From positions 82-64,081 of the forward strand of contig JAZOAV010000040.1 in NCBI GenBank assembly GCA_045595645.1: a stretch of DNA of 64,000 nucleotides, given 5' to 3'. The stretch is from Faecousia sp. GTDB lineage: Bacteria; Bacillota; Clostridia; Oscillospirales; Oscillospiraceae. The stretch's first letter is position 1; every line of letters starts with the position of its first letter. Below the pieces are notes generated by a model. The model was given only the letters and a program-made list of their open reading frames with translations, had not been told where the DNA came from and made no database searches. The position numbers and the translations under genes were made by a program. Positions 27,766-36,828 of the stretch are shown piece after piece.

Positions 27766-29178
27766 TTATTCTTTTCTGCGGCGTTTTTCCTCGCCGTAGC
27801 CATAGTAGCCGTAGCCGTAATGACTTCTCTCTGCCGTGCTGTAATTCAGCACGCAGCCCAGCATGGGCAGGTCAACCGCCGACAATGCTTGCAGAGAATC
27901 CACAATTTGTGTCGTGGCCGCCATATCCTGCCGCACCACATAGAGAGCGGCATCGGCATATTTGGCCAAGGTTGCCGCATCGGACAGCATCCCCGCAGGA
28001 GGCGTGTCGATGATCACATAATCCATCTGCTCCCGCAGGCGGTTCAAAAGCCGCTCCGCATGAGGCGTATCCAGTAAGGGCTGGGGCCGCTCACTGGTCT
28101 GATCTCCCGAAAGGAGTAAGAGCTTAGACCCGGGCACAGCCACAGGATGGAAGGCCACTCCCTTGCCGGACAGCAGCTCCAACAAGCCCTCGGAAGCCTC
28201 CTGCACCCCCAAGAGCTCCTTCAGGGATTGCTTCCGCAAATCTCCGTCAACAAGCAGCACCTTCTGCCCCTCTGCCGCCATAGACAGTGCCAAATTTGCG
28301 GCGATGGTACTCTTGCCCTCATCAGGCACGGTACTGGAAACGAGCAGCACCTTTGCCTGCCGCTCCTCCATGGCCTTTTGCAGCTTCATCCGCAGACCGC
28401 GGGTGGATTCGCTGAAGGCGGTGCTCACATGGGGATTGCTGATGGCAATAGGGCTCTGCTTCCCACCGCTGCGCCGCTTATGCTTCACGGAGGGAATATA
28501 CGCCAAACACTTTATATTCACTAATTTCCGCAAATCCTCGGCGGAATTGACGGTTTTCCGTCCCAAAGCCAGCAGTGCGCACAGCAGCAGACCCGCAAGC
28601 ACCACGGGAACCGCCGCCTTGACCCCTTGCCGCATCGCTCCGACCTGATTGATCGGCTGCGTGGGAGGCGCAGTGGGCAGGTTGATCACATGGATTCGGG
28701 TATCGCCCAAAATGCTGCTCGCCGCCTGGGGATAGACCTCAATGACTGCCAGTAACAGCTTATGGATCAGAGCAGGATCTGTGCCCGTGACCGTCAGGGT
28801 GAACAGAGCGGCACCCGCCGTATCTCTGGCAGTAATGGTACCGGGAAGCGTATCCATACCCATAGCCTTTTGGAGCATCAGCTGGGTATTTTCGCTCTGA
28901 ATGACATAGGAAAAGGTGGCAGACAGGGTTTGCGCCGCTGTCTGATTCATGTAACTGCTCTCACTGAGGATATCCGTGGTGGCATAATAGGCGGCACGGA
29001 CACTGAACACAGCAGATGTACTGTAATAGGGCACATAGCTCCGCTTCGCGCGATAGGCTGTCACTGCCCCCAAGGCCACAGCCAAAAGCACAAACATCCA
29101 AAGCAGCCGACGGCACAGAAGGAGGAAGCTCCGCAGCACCGTCCACAGATTCCGTTCAGCAAAGAAGGTCTTATCCAC
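27766..29178 (-). CDS. BY-kinase (Wzz-like + CpsD/Wzc kinase fusion), copy B
   Basis: Two TMs, PDEGKST, VDGDLRK, IIDTPP, C-terminal HYGYGYYGY; GTG start inferred. Confidence 0.85.
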   Translation of the reverse strand: MDKTFFAERNLWTVLRSFLLLCRRLLWMFVLLAVALGAVTAYRAKRSYVPYYSTSAVFSVRAAYYATTDILSESSYMNQTAAQTLSATFSYVIQSENTQLMLQKAMGMDTLPGTITARDTAGAALFTLTVTGTDPALIHKLLLAVIEVYPQAASSILGDTRIHVINLPTAPPTQPINQVGAMRQGVKAAVPVVLAGLLLCALLALGRKTVNSAEDLRKLVNIKCLAYIPSVKHKRRSGGKQSPIAISNPHVSTAFSESTRGLRMKLQKAMEERQAKVLLVSSTVPDEGKSTIAANLALSMAAEGQKVLLVDGDLRKQSLKELLGVQEASEGLLELLSGKGVAFHPVAVPGSKLLLLSGDQTSERPQPLLDTPHAERLLNRLREQMDYVIIDTPPAGMLSDAATLAKYADAALYVVRQDMAATTQIVDSLQALSAVDLPMLGCVLNYSTAERSHYGYGYYGYGEEKRRRKE

Positions 29179-30628
29179 GACGACGCCCCCCTTTCCCAAC
29201 CGAACCGTATTTTTTGCCGTAGCCATAGCCATAGCCGTAGCCATAGCCGTATCCATAGCTGCCACCCAAGCGCAGCACATGGAACTGGCGCACATTATTA
29301 AACACATAACCCAGCAGATTGCTGTTTGCCTCGTTCAGGCTGTCGACGGCATCGTTGATCGTCGCCGCAGGCACCATATCCTGCCGCACCACCAAAATGG
29401 AGGCATCCACCAACTCTGCCAAGGCCTGCGTGTCAGCAAACAGACCAATGGGCGGTGTGTCGATGAGAATGTAGTCAAACTCTTTCTGTAAGCACTCCAA
29501 AATATACCGCAGTGTGTCTCTGGAAATGCTCTCTGCTCTCTGCCGCCGCAGGGGTGCGGCGTAAAGGGTGTGCAATCCGCTTTTTTCGTCGAATTGAATC
29601 GCCTGCATAATTTTCTCTGCAGTGGGGCGACTGGACAACAAACTGCCAAGCTCCTGTCCATGGGGCACCTTGGCCTCGAAAATCAAATGCTGCGCAGGCT
29701 TCCGCAAATCCGCATCCAACAGCAGCACCCGACGGTGCTTCTGAGCCAAAGACAGGGCCAAATTTGCAGCAATGGTGGATTTCCCTTCATTTTCGTGGCA
29801 GCTTGAAATCAGGAAGGTGTGTCGATTTCCCGTTTCTGCTGCCCGTTCCACCTGCACTCTAAGCTGATGAATGGTCTCCGTGTAGTAGAAGCTGCAAGTG
29901 GGGTTGCTGATGAGAATGGACTTTTTCACACCGCGCAGCTGTTGCCAACGGGAGCGGTGGCTGCGCTCGTGGTACACCGTAGTCAACAGGCGACTATCCA
30001 CCTGCCGCTTGGCCCCGCTCACCGTCTGCACCGTATCGGCTTGAATCGCCAGCAGAAGCAGAATGGCGCACATCAGTGCCGCACCCAAAGGGGCAGACCA
30101 GCGCATCAGCGTATCCCGAGCGGCCAGATTAGCAGGTTCTTCAGGAATGGAAGGTCCATTGATGGTGTCGATAATCACGGAATCAAACACCGTCTCCGAA
30201 TAGGTCTGATGGCAGTGAATGATGGCCAAAGCACTGCGATACGCCAGCTCAGGGCTGTCGGCAGTGAGATTCATCACAAGAATATTGCTGTATTGGGGCA
30301 CCGTAATTTCCACCTGCGCGGGGAATTGAGCAAGCTCCATCCGCTGGGCCGCCGCCTGCCGCACAAGGTCGCTCTCCAAAAGCCCCGCAAACTGTTCCGC
30401 CACCGTATCCGTAGCGGCAATATTCATCACCGCTGAATTAACGGCACTGCGGGAGGTAACGGCAAAGGTGACGGAGCTGGTATAGATGGGCTTGGAAATG
30501 GAATTTTGCAGCAAATACACACCCATCACGCAGGTCAGAGCCGCCAACAGCACCATCCACAGATGTCGCAATACAAAACGGAGCAGGCACAGAAGGTCGT
30601 AATTATCCAGCTCGAATTTCTCTTTCAT
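29171..30628 (-). CDS. BY-kinase (Wzz-like + CpsD/Wzc kinase fusion), copy A
   Basis: ENEGKST, LDADLRK, LIDTPP, C-terminal (YG)6KKYG tyrosine cluster. Confidence 0.88.
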   Translation of the reverse strand: MKEKFELDNYDLLCLLRFVLRHLWMVLLAALTCVMGVYLLQNSISKPIYTSSVTFAVTSRSAVNSAVMNIAATDTVAEQFAGLLESDLVRQAAAQRMELAQFPAQVEITVPQYSNILVMNLTADSPELAYRSALAIIHCHQTYSETVFDSVIIDTINGPSIPEEPANLAARDTLMRWSAPLGAALMCAILLLLAIQADTVQTVSGAKRQVDSRLLTTVYHERSHRSRWQQLRGVKKSILISNPTCSFYYTETIHQLRVQVERAAETGNRHTFLISSCHENEGKSTIAANLALSLAQKHRRVLLLDADLRKPAQHLIFEAKVPHGQELGSLLSSRPTAEKIMQAIQFDEKSGLHTLYAAPLRRQRAESISRDTLRYILECLQKEFDYILIDTPPIGLFADTQALAELVDASILVVRQDMVPAATINDAVDSLNEANSNLLGYVFNNVRQFHVLRLGGSYGYGYGYGYGYGYGKKYGSVGKGGRRRG

Positions 30629-30640
30629 CCTGCTCCCTCC

Positions 30641-31465
30641 TTATGTCACCACAACGGTGAGGATGACGCTGTAGCTCAGATTCTCCGAATTGAGGTAGCT
30701 GTAGGTAATTTCATAGCAGCCCGCCTCGCTCGTATCCACACTGCCGCTGATACTGATTTCCTCAGGTGCAATCGCCTTACCGTTTTCTCTTGCACAGGCA
30801 CTTGCAATGTAACTGCGCAAATCCTCCATCTCACTGCCTTTCTCCACATAAATCAGGTAGTCGGACAGGGTAATGACAGGATGGCGGGCAGTATAATTGC
30901 GAATGGCAACCGTCAGGGACAGTGCCGCCGTGTCGCCCTTGGAATTGGTCACCTGCACGCTCAGAGGATATTCGCCCTCTACCGTGTTGGTCAGGGAAGT
31001 GGAAACGACCCGAATCCGTCCGGAAATGTCACCGTCCAGTACATCCGTTGCCGTAAGGCGATCATTGAGAGCCGCCGTCTCGTTGACGCGATAGATCAGC
31101 GGCTGCGACAAATGAAAACGGGGCTTTTGGTAATCGGTGTAATAAACCTCCCGCGAGAAGGTGCAGAAATTGGAGGCCGAGTCAAAGACGACATAAGAGA
31201 CTACGGCACTGTTGGCACCGGTCAGATTGGATACCCAGCGCACCAAAATACGGTCGGTCAGGTCGCCATCTTGATCATCAAATGCCTGCAAGCCACGGCA
31301 CAGCTCTGCCTCTGTTGCACCGGCACTGACCTCCAAAGGAACGCCGTCACACAAAATGCGGGGTGCTGTATGGTCCACCATCAGGCGGTCATAACCAAAC
31401 AGCAGTACAAAGGCCACAGACACCAGCATAAACAGACTGATTAAACTAATTTTCAAGCTCTTCAT
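30641..31465 (-). CDS. Membrane-anchored Ig-like (DUF5011-like) repeat protein
   Basis: N-terminal TM; repeated A.D..DGDLT/I motifs, VDTS..G.Y.ITY. Confidence 0.7.
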   Translation of the reverse strand: MKSLKISLISLFMLVSVAFVLLFGYDRLMVDHTAPRILCDGVPLEVSAGATEAELCRGLQAFDDQDGDLTDRILVRWVSNLTGANSAVVSYVVFDSASNFCTFSREVYYTDYQKPRFHLSQPLIYRVNETAALNDRLTATDVLDGDISGRIRVVSTSLTNTVEGEYPLSVQVTNSKGDTAALSLTVAIRNYTARHPVITLSDYLIYVEKGSEMEDLRSYIASACARENGKAIAPEEISISGSVDTSEAGCYEITYSYLNSENLSYSVILTVVVT

Positions 31466-31474
31466 ATGGATTCC

Positions 31475-32203
31475 TCATTTAAGCTCTTGGTCGGAAATAA
31501 TCCGTCGAGGGTTTTCCTCCAGCAGATCGTAAATATAGTCCTCGGAACAATAGCGTTCCAAACGGTGCAACAAGGAACGAAGTCCTGTCGTACGATAGCG
31601 CAGATCGTGAGCATCGCTGGCAATCACATGGGCAAGCCCCATGGAAAGCAATTCGTAAGCCATTTCCATGGCAGAAACCCCCAGCCGCCCCTCCAAACTG
31701 GGCTTGTTCACCTGCAACACATAGCCCTGCTCGTACCACTGCGCCGCCAAAGCACTGTGATTTTGTAATGCAGCATACCGCTCCGGATGGGCAATCACAG
31801 GCACCAAGCCCCTGTGGGCAACCTCCCGCAGCATGGCACAAATGTCCCCTTCCGAAGCCTCAAAAGGAAATTCCACCAATAGATAGCGGGAATGGTTCAG
31901 CGTAACCAAGCGATTTTCCTCCAAAAGCTGCCGCAGATTGCTTCGACGGGCAAACACCTCTGCCCCGGGCAGGATGTTCAAGGGGATCCCCTCCTGTCGC
32001 AGCAGAGCACGAAACATGGAAATGCACTCGGTATACCGCCGCCCACGGTAATTGGGATAGCAACGGGGCAGATTGCAATGAGGCGTAGCGATGATGGTAT
32101 CAACGCCGCCATCCAGTGCCGCCCGTGCCATTCGACAAGCCGCTGCCGCACACTCCGCACCGTCGTCGATCCCGGGGAGAATATGGCAGTGAATATCGAT
32201 CAT
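31475..32203 (-). CDS. PHP-family tyrosine phosphatase (CpsB/CapC-like)
   Basis: IDIHCHILPGIDDGA, ATPH, IAHPERY, ASDAH. Confidence 0.92.
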   Translation of the reverse strand: MIDIHCHILPGIDDGAECAAAACRMARAALDGGVDTIIATPHCNLPRCYPNYRGRRYTECISMFRALLRQEGIPLNILPGAEVFARRSNLRQLLEENRLVTLNHSRYLLVEFPFEASEGDICAMLREVAHRGLVPVIAHPERYAALQNHSALAAQWYEQGYVLQVNKPSLEGRLGVSAMEMAYELLSMGLAHVIASDAHDLRYRTTGLRSLLHRLERYCSEDYIYDLLEENPRRIISDQELK

Positions 32204-32404
32204 AACATAACCTCCCGTCAAATTCTGCATAAAGTATACCTTATTATATAGTACCACAGGCCCGCAAAAAATTCAATCCCGTTTTTGCCCGTTGGAACGA
32301 AGCGGAAAAGTTTTTGTCGGATTGCGTTTTCTCCCTTGACTTTCGACAAAATTCGATATATGCTTATCACAACGAAGCGTAACATGAAAGAAGGGCAACG
32401 CACC

Positions 32405-34477
32405 ATGAAAAACCTCCTGCATCCAAGCGAAAAAGCCCCCTTGGGCTACCGCTACTTCGCGGTCTATCCGCTGTCCATGTTTTATTTTGAAAGCCTGTTC
32501 CGCATCTCCACCGTGGGTGGCTATTGGAGCAGCAATCTCCTGTATCTTGTTCTCTTTTCCGTAGTCTACGGTCTTGCGGGCACCCTGCTGACTACCATCA
32601 GCAAGAAGCCCCGCACCAACACCATTGTCACCACCACTCTACTGGCGTTTACCGCCGTCATTTATCTGGTGGAATACTTTGTGTTCCGCTATTTTAAGAT
32701 TTTCTACGACCTGAACACGGTCGCCGGCGGGGCAGGAGATGTAGCCGGCGGCTTTATGGGCGAGGTTTTGGCTCTGATTTTCTCCTTTAACGGTCTGAGC
32801 ATGATCCTCCTGTTCCTGCTGCCTGCAATTCTGTACCCCACCCTGCTTCGGAAAAAGGCTCCCGCCAAGGCTCTGCATTGGAAAAGCCGCTGTGTCACCG
32901 TTCTCGCCCTTGCGCTGGTATATTTGACGAGCTTCGGCCTGATTCAATACAGCGAGGTCTACCGCCCCGTGTACAAAACAGAGTACAATTTCCAAAATGC
33001 AGTTGGAAATTTTGGCCTGATTACAGGTATTCGGCTGGATTTGCGTTACATGATGTTCGGAAACAGCAGTGACAGCTTCACCCCAATCGATGTGCCGGAA
33101 ATCGTGATTCCCACTACCACTGAACCAACCACGGAATCGACCGAGCCCAGCACCACCACCGAAACCACCGAAACCACGCAAGCCACAGAGCCGCCCCCTC
33201 CCGAATACGGCGATAATGTCATGGATCTTCACTTCCCCGAAGATGCAAGCGGCAAGGTGGCAGAGCTGAACGAATATGTGCAGTCCCTCACGCCCACCAA
33301 ACAAAACGCCTTCACCGGCCTGTTTGAGGGGAAAAACCTGATTTTCATCACCGCCGAAGCCTTTAGCGCAGAGGCCATTATCCCCGAATTGACCCCCACT
33401 CTCTACCGCTTGGCAACCAAGGGCATCCAATTTACAGACTATTATCAGCCTGCGGGTGCCGGAACCACCGGCGGCGAGTATCAGAATGTGTTCGGAATGC
33501 TGCCCACAGCCGGCGGGGCCTCCTTCAAGCGCACCGCCGATGACAACAACTATTTCACCATGGGCAGTCAGCTCAATCGCCTCGGCTATTACGGCATCGC
33601 CTACCACAACAACGACTACACCTACTACGACCGTCACCGCACCCACAACAACATCGGCTACTCCGAAGGCTTTATGGGCTGGGGCAATGGCATGGAGGAA
33701 TTTGTCGTCCCCACTTGGCCGGAGAGCGATTTGGAAATGTTCCAGGGCACCGTCCCCACCTATATCGACAAACAACCCTTTAACATTTACTATATGACCG
33801 TCAGCGGTCACAGCAACTACAATCCCAATTACCATGCCATCTGCAAGAAAAACTGGGATGTGGTCAAGGATTTACCCTATTCCAAATCGGTGCGCAGCTA
33901 CATCGCCGCCAATTTGGAGTTAGAATACTCTCTGGCCTATCTCATGGAGCAATTAGAAGCCAAGGGCATCGCGGATGATACCGTTATCTGTATCTCCTCC
34001 GACCACTTCCCCTACGGCTTGGACGACGACGGCGCACTGGGCGATATGCCCTATCTGTCGGAGCTCTACGGCTACAATGTGCTGGATTATCTGTCCCGTG
34101 ATCACTCCCGCCTGATCCTCTGGTGCGGCATTTTGGAGGACATGGAGCCCATTATCGTGGACACTCCCACCTCCAGCCTTGACATTTTACCCACCCTTTC
34201 CAACCTGTTCGGCACGGAATTTGATTCCCGCCTGATGCCCGGACGGGATGTCTTCTCCGAAGCCCCCGCCTTGGTGTTTACCCTCAATTACGATTGGAAA
34301 ACGGAGTACGGCACCTATTTGTCCTCCCGCGGCACCTTCGAGCCCAAGGATGAAAGCATCGAAATCCCCGAAGGCTATGTGGAAAGCATCAAAGCCATCA
34401 TCAAAAACAAAATCTACTACTGCACCTGCGTCTTAGATACAGACTACTACTCCTACCTGTTCCCCGATGCAGAATGA
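32405..34477 (+). CDS. LTA synthase / sulfatase-family membrane protein
   Basis: About five TMs, Thr-rich linker, GKNLIFITAE, TPTL, T..GE, SGH, SDHFPY. Confidence 0.85.
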   Translation: MKNLLHPSEKAPLGYRYFAVYPLSMFYFESLFRISTVGGYWSSNLLYLVLFSVVYGLAGTLLTTISKKPRTNTIVTTTLLAFTAVIYLVEYFVFRYFKIFYDLNTVAGGAGDVAGGFMGEVLALIFSFNGLSMILLFLLPAILYPTLLRKKAPAKALHWKSRCVTVLALALVYLTSFGLIQYSEVYRPVYKTEYNFQNAVGNFGLITGIRLDLRYMMFGNSSDSFTPIDVPEIVIPTTTEPTTESTEPSTTTETTETTQATEPPPPEYGDNVMDLHFPEDASGKVAELNEYVQSLTPTKQNAFTGLFEGKNLIFITAEAFSAEAIIPELTPTLYRLATKGIQFTDYYQPAGAGTTGGEYQNVFGMLPTAGGASFKRTADDNNYFTMGSQLNRLGYYGIAYHNNDYTYYDRHRTHNNIGYSEGFMGWGNGMEEFVVPTWPESDLEMFQGTVPTYIDKQPFNIYYMTVSGHSNYNPNYHAICKKNWDVVKDLPYSKSVRSYIAANLELEYSLAYLMEQLEAKGIADDTVICISSDHFPYGLDDDGALGDMPYLSELYGYNVLDYLSRDHSRLILWCGILEDMEPIIVDTPTSSLDILPTLSNLFGTEFDSRLMPGRDVFSEAPALVFTLNYDWKTEYGTYLSSRGTFEPKDESIEIPEGYVESIKAIIKNKIYYCTCVLDTDYYSYLFPDAE

Positions 34478-34519
34478 CCCGAGGTGCTCTGAATAAACAG
34501 CATACACAGAGGAATTTTT

Positions 34520-35224
34520 ATGGCAGAACAATACCAGATTCTTGTGGTGGACGATGACTTTTCCATCGTCCACATCATTGAAACCGCACTCAAGCAGGCG
34601 GGCTATCAGGTGCTCACCGCCCATGACGGTGACACCGCCTGTCAAATCGCTCAGACGAAACGCCCCCATTTGATCATCATGGATGTAATGATGCCCCGTT
34701 GCAACGGCATGGTCGCCACCATGCGCATCCGTGAAACCCACAATGTTCCCATTTTGATGCTCTCTGCCAAAGCGGAGGGCTCGGACCGTGTCCTTGGCTT
34801 GGAGGCGGGCGCAGACGACTATCTGGTCAAGCCCTTTTATCAGCAGGAACTTTTGGCTCGGGTAAAAGCCCTGCTTCGCCGCTATGATGCTTTAGGCTCC
34901 ATTCGGGAAACGAAATCGGAGGATCTGATTCAGGTGGGCGATATTTCTCTGAATACCGCCACAAAACAACTCCTTGTCCGGGGAAATGCGGTTCGGCTGA
35001 CGGCAACCGAATTCAAAATTCTGCAAGTGCTCATGTCCCATCCCGGACGAGTATATTCTGCCGAGGAGCTCTATGAACGGGTTTGGGAAAACGATGCCTA
35101 CGCCGTGGAGAACACGGTTATGGTGCATATCAGCCGCATTCGGGAAAAGTTAGAGCTGAATCCGAAGAAACCGGAGTATTTGAAGGTCGTTTGGGGGATT
35201 GGATATGTCTTTGCGGCGCCGTAA
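34520..35224 (+). CDS. OmpR-family response regulator
   Basis: VVDDD, MDVMMP, GADDYLVKPF, LTATEF, VWGIGY. Confidence 0.95.
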   Translation: MAEQYQILVVDDDFSIVHIIETALKQAGYQVLTAHDGDTACQIAQTKRPHLIIMDVMMPRCNGMVATMRIRETHNVPILMLSAKAEGSDRVLGLEAGADDYLVKPFYQQELLARVKALLRRYDALGSIRETKSEDLIQVGDISLNTATKQLLVRGNAVRLTATEFKILQVLMSHPGRVYSAEELYERVWENDAYAVENTVMVHISRIREKLELNPKKPEYLKVVWGIGYVFAAP

Positions 35225-36755
35225 TCTGATAGCTGTCCTTCTAATTATTTTGGCCTCCCTGTGCTGGAGCTTTGGGCAGCAAATGTTGAACCCACCCGAT
35301 GGAGATGCTGTCTCCGTAACAACCTATACATACGAGGAGCAAAGCCTAATCCCAACAACTTCCGTCGTTTACACCGACGGAAACACGATTGCCTCTACGG
35401 CTCCGTCCAGTCTCACCCCCGCCATAACAGAGCCACAGAACAGCGAACATGAGACAAGCTCCCGTCCCTTAGGCTTGCTTCTCTCCTTTATTGCCGGAGC
35501 CATCACCATTGCCGTCGTCTTCTTCCTGTTTCAGAAAAATCCCATACTTGGGCCGGACGGCATCTGTTTGACCCTTGCTCTGCTGGGATTTGCCTATTCT
35601 GCCTCTGTTCATCTGGAATATCTTTTTTTGCGCCCCGCTGTAAACGCACTTATCCGCATTTCGGGAGTAGCAGGAACCTTTGTCGTGCTGCTCTGCATCC
35701 GAGAGCTGTTCGGCTGGATGAAAATGCGGTTTTCTCTCTCCTGGTGCCTGACACGCCGAGCCGCAAACCAATGCCGCAGACCGCAGATATCCCTGCTGGT
35801 TCTCGTTGGAGGGATTCTCCTTCCCTTGGTCTGTCTCGTCTGCGCCCTTGCTATGGGAGCGCAATCCCATACCCTTTGCATCCTCAGTTCTCTGCTCGCT
35901 TCCGCCTTTGGCTTCCTGTGTCTGTGGAAATACGGCAGTGAGCTCCGACATTTTCAGCAACAGCTTCAAAACTACCGCCACGGCAAGGCCATCACCGTGG
36001 GCCAAGGTGCTTTCGCCCAAACGGAGGCCCAGCTTTTGGATGTGCAGGCCCAGCACGAGGAAGCTGTTCGCACCGCCGTCAGCAGCGAACGCTTCAAGGT
36101 AGAGCTGATTTCCAATGTGTCTCACGATTTGCGCACGCCGCTTACCTCCATTTTGGGCTACAGCGAGCTCCTGCAGCAGGAGCGTCTCTCCCCCGAGGGA
36201 CAGGAACAGCTTCGCCGCCTGCACCAAAAAGCGGGATATATGAACGAGCTTGTGGAGTCCCTCTTTGAGCTGACCAAGGTTTCCAGCGGCGTGGTAGAAG
36301 CCAAGAAAGAGCAAATTGACTTGATTCGACTTTTGGAACAAACCATCGGCTTGTTTGACGATCAGCTTGCAGAGGCAGGTCTTGTGGTGCGGCGCAACTA
36401 CGGCGCAGACAGCCTTCCCCTTGTCACGGACGGAGCGAGAATGCACCAAGTCTTTTCCAATCTCTTGGGCAACGCCATCAAATATGCTCTGCAGGGCACT
36501 CGCATCTATTTGGAGCTTCGGGAAACGGAGCATAGTTATCTGATCCGCATGGTGAATACCGCCTCCTATGAAATGGACTTCCATCCGGATGAGATCCTCC
36601 AACGCTTCGCCCGTGGAGACAAGGCTCGTTCCACAAAGGGCAGCGGCCTCGGTCTGGCGATTGCCCAAACCTATACGGAGTCCGTCGGCGGCACCTTCCG
36701 CATTTCCGTAGACGGTGACCAATTCAGTGCCGTCGTCGAGCTGCCGAAAAACTGA
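35205..36755 (+). CDS. Sensor histidine kinase
   Basis: SHDLRTPLT H-box, NLLGNAIKY N-box, GSGLGL; multiple TMs; start uncertain (35199/35205). Confidence 0.92.
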   Translation: MSLRRRNLIAVLLIILASLCWSFGQQMLNPPDGDAVSVTTYTYEEQSLIPTTSVVYTDGNTIASTAPSSLTPAITEPQNSEHETSSRPLGLLLSFIAGAITIAVVFFLFQKNPILGPDGICLTLALLGFAYSASVHLEYLFLRPAVNALIRISGVAGTFVVLLCIRELFGWMKMRFSLSWCLTRRAANQCRRPQISLLVLVGGILLPLVCLVCALAMGAQSHTLCILSSLLASAFGFLCLWKYGSELRHFQQQLQNYRHGKAITVGQGAFAQTEAQLLDVQAQHEEAVRTAVSSERFKVELISNVSHDLRTPLTSILGYSELLQQERLSPEGQEQLRRLHQKAGYMNELVESLFELTKVSSGVVEAKKEQIDLIRLLEQTIGLFDDQLAEAGLVVRRNYGADSLPLVTDGARMHQVFSNLLGNAIKYALQGTRIYLELRETEHSYLIRMVNTASYEMDFHPDEILQRFARGDKARSTKGSGLGLAIAQTYTESVGGTFRISVDGDQFSAVVELPKN

Positions 36756-36828
36756 AAGAAACTTGTAAGAATTATCCCAAGCTTATGAAAGATACCCCTT
36801 GTACCATATCGGTACAGGGGGTGCTGTC

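Noticed and set aside
29210-29260. GCCATA/GCCGTA hexamer repeats (also about 27793-27820) as contingency loci
   Set aside because: They encode the Tyr-Gly autophosphorylation clusters of the BY-kinases, in frame.
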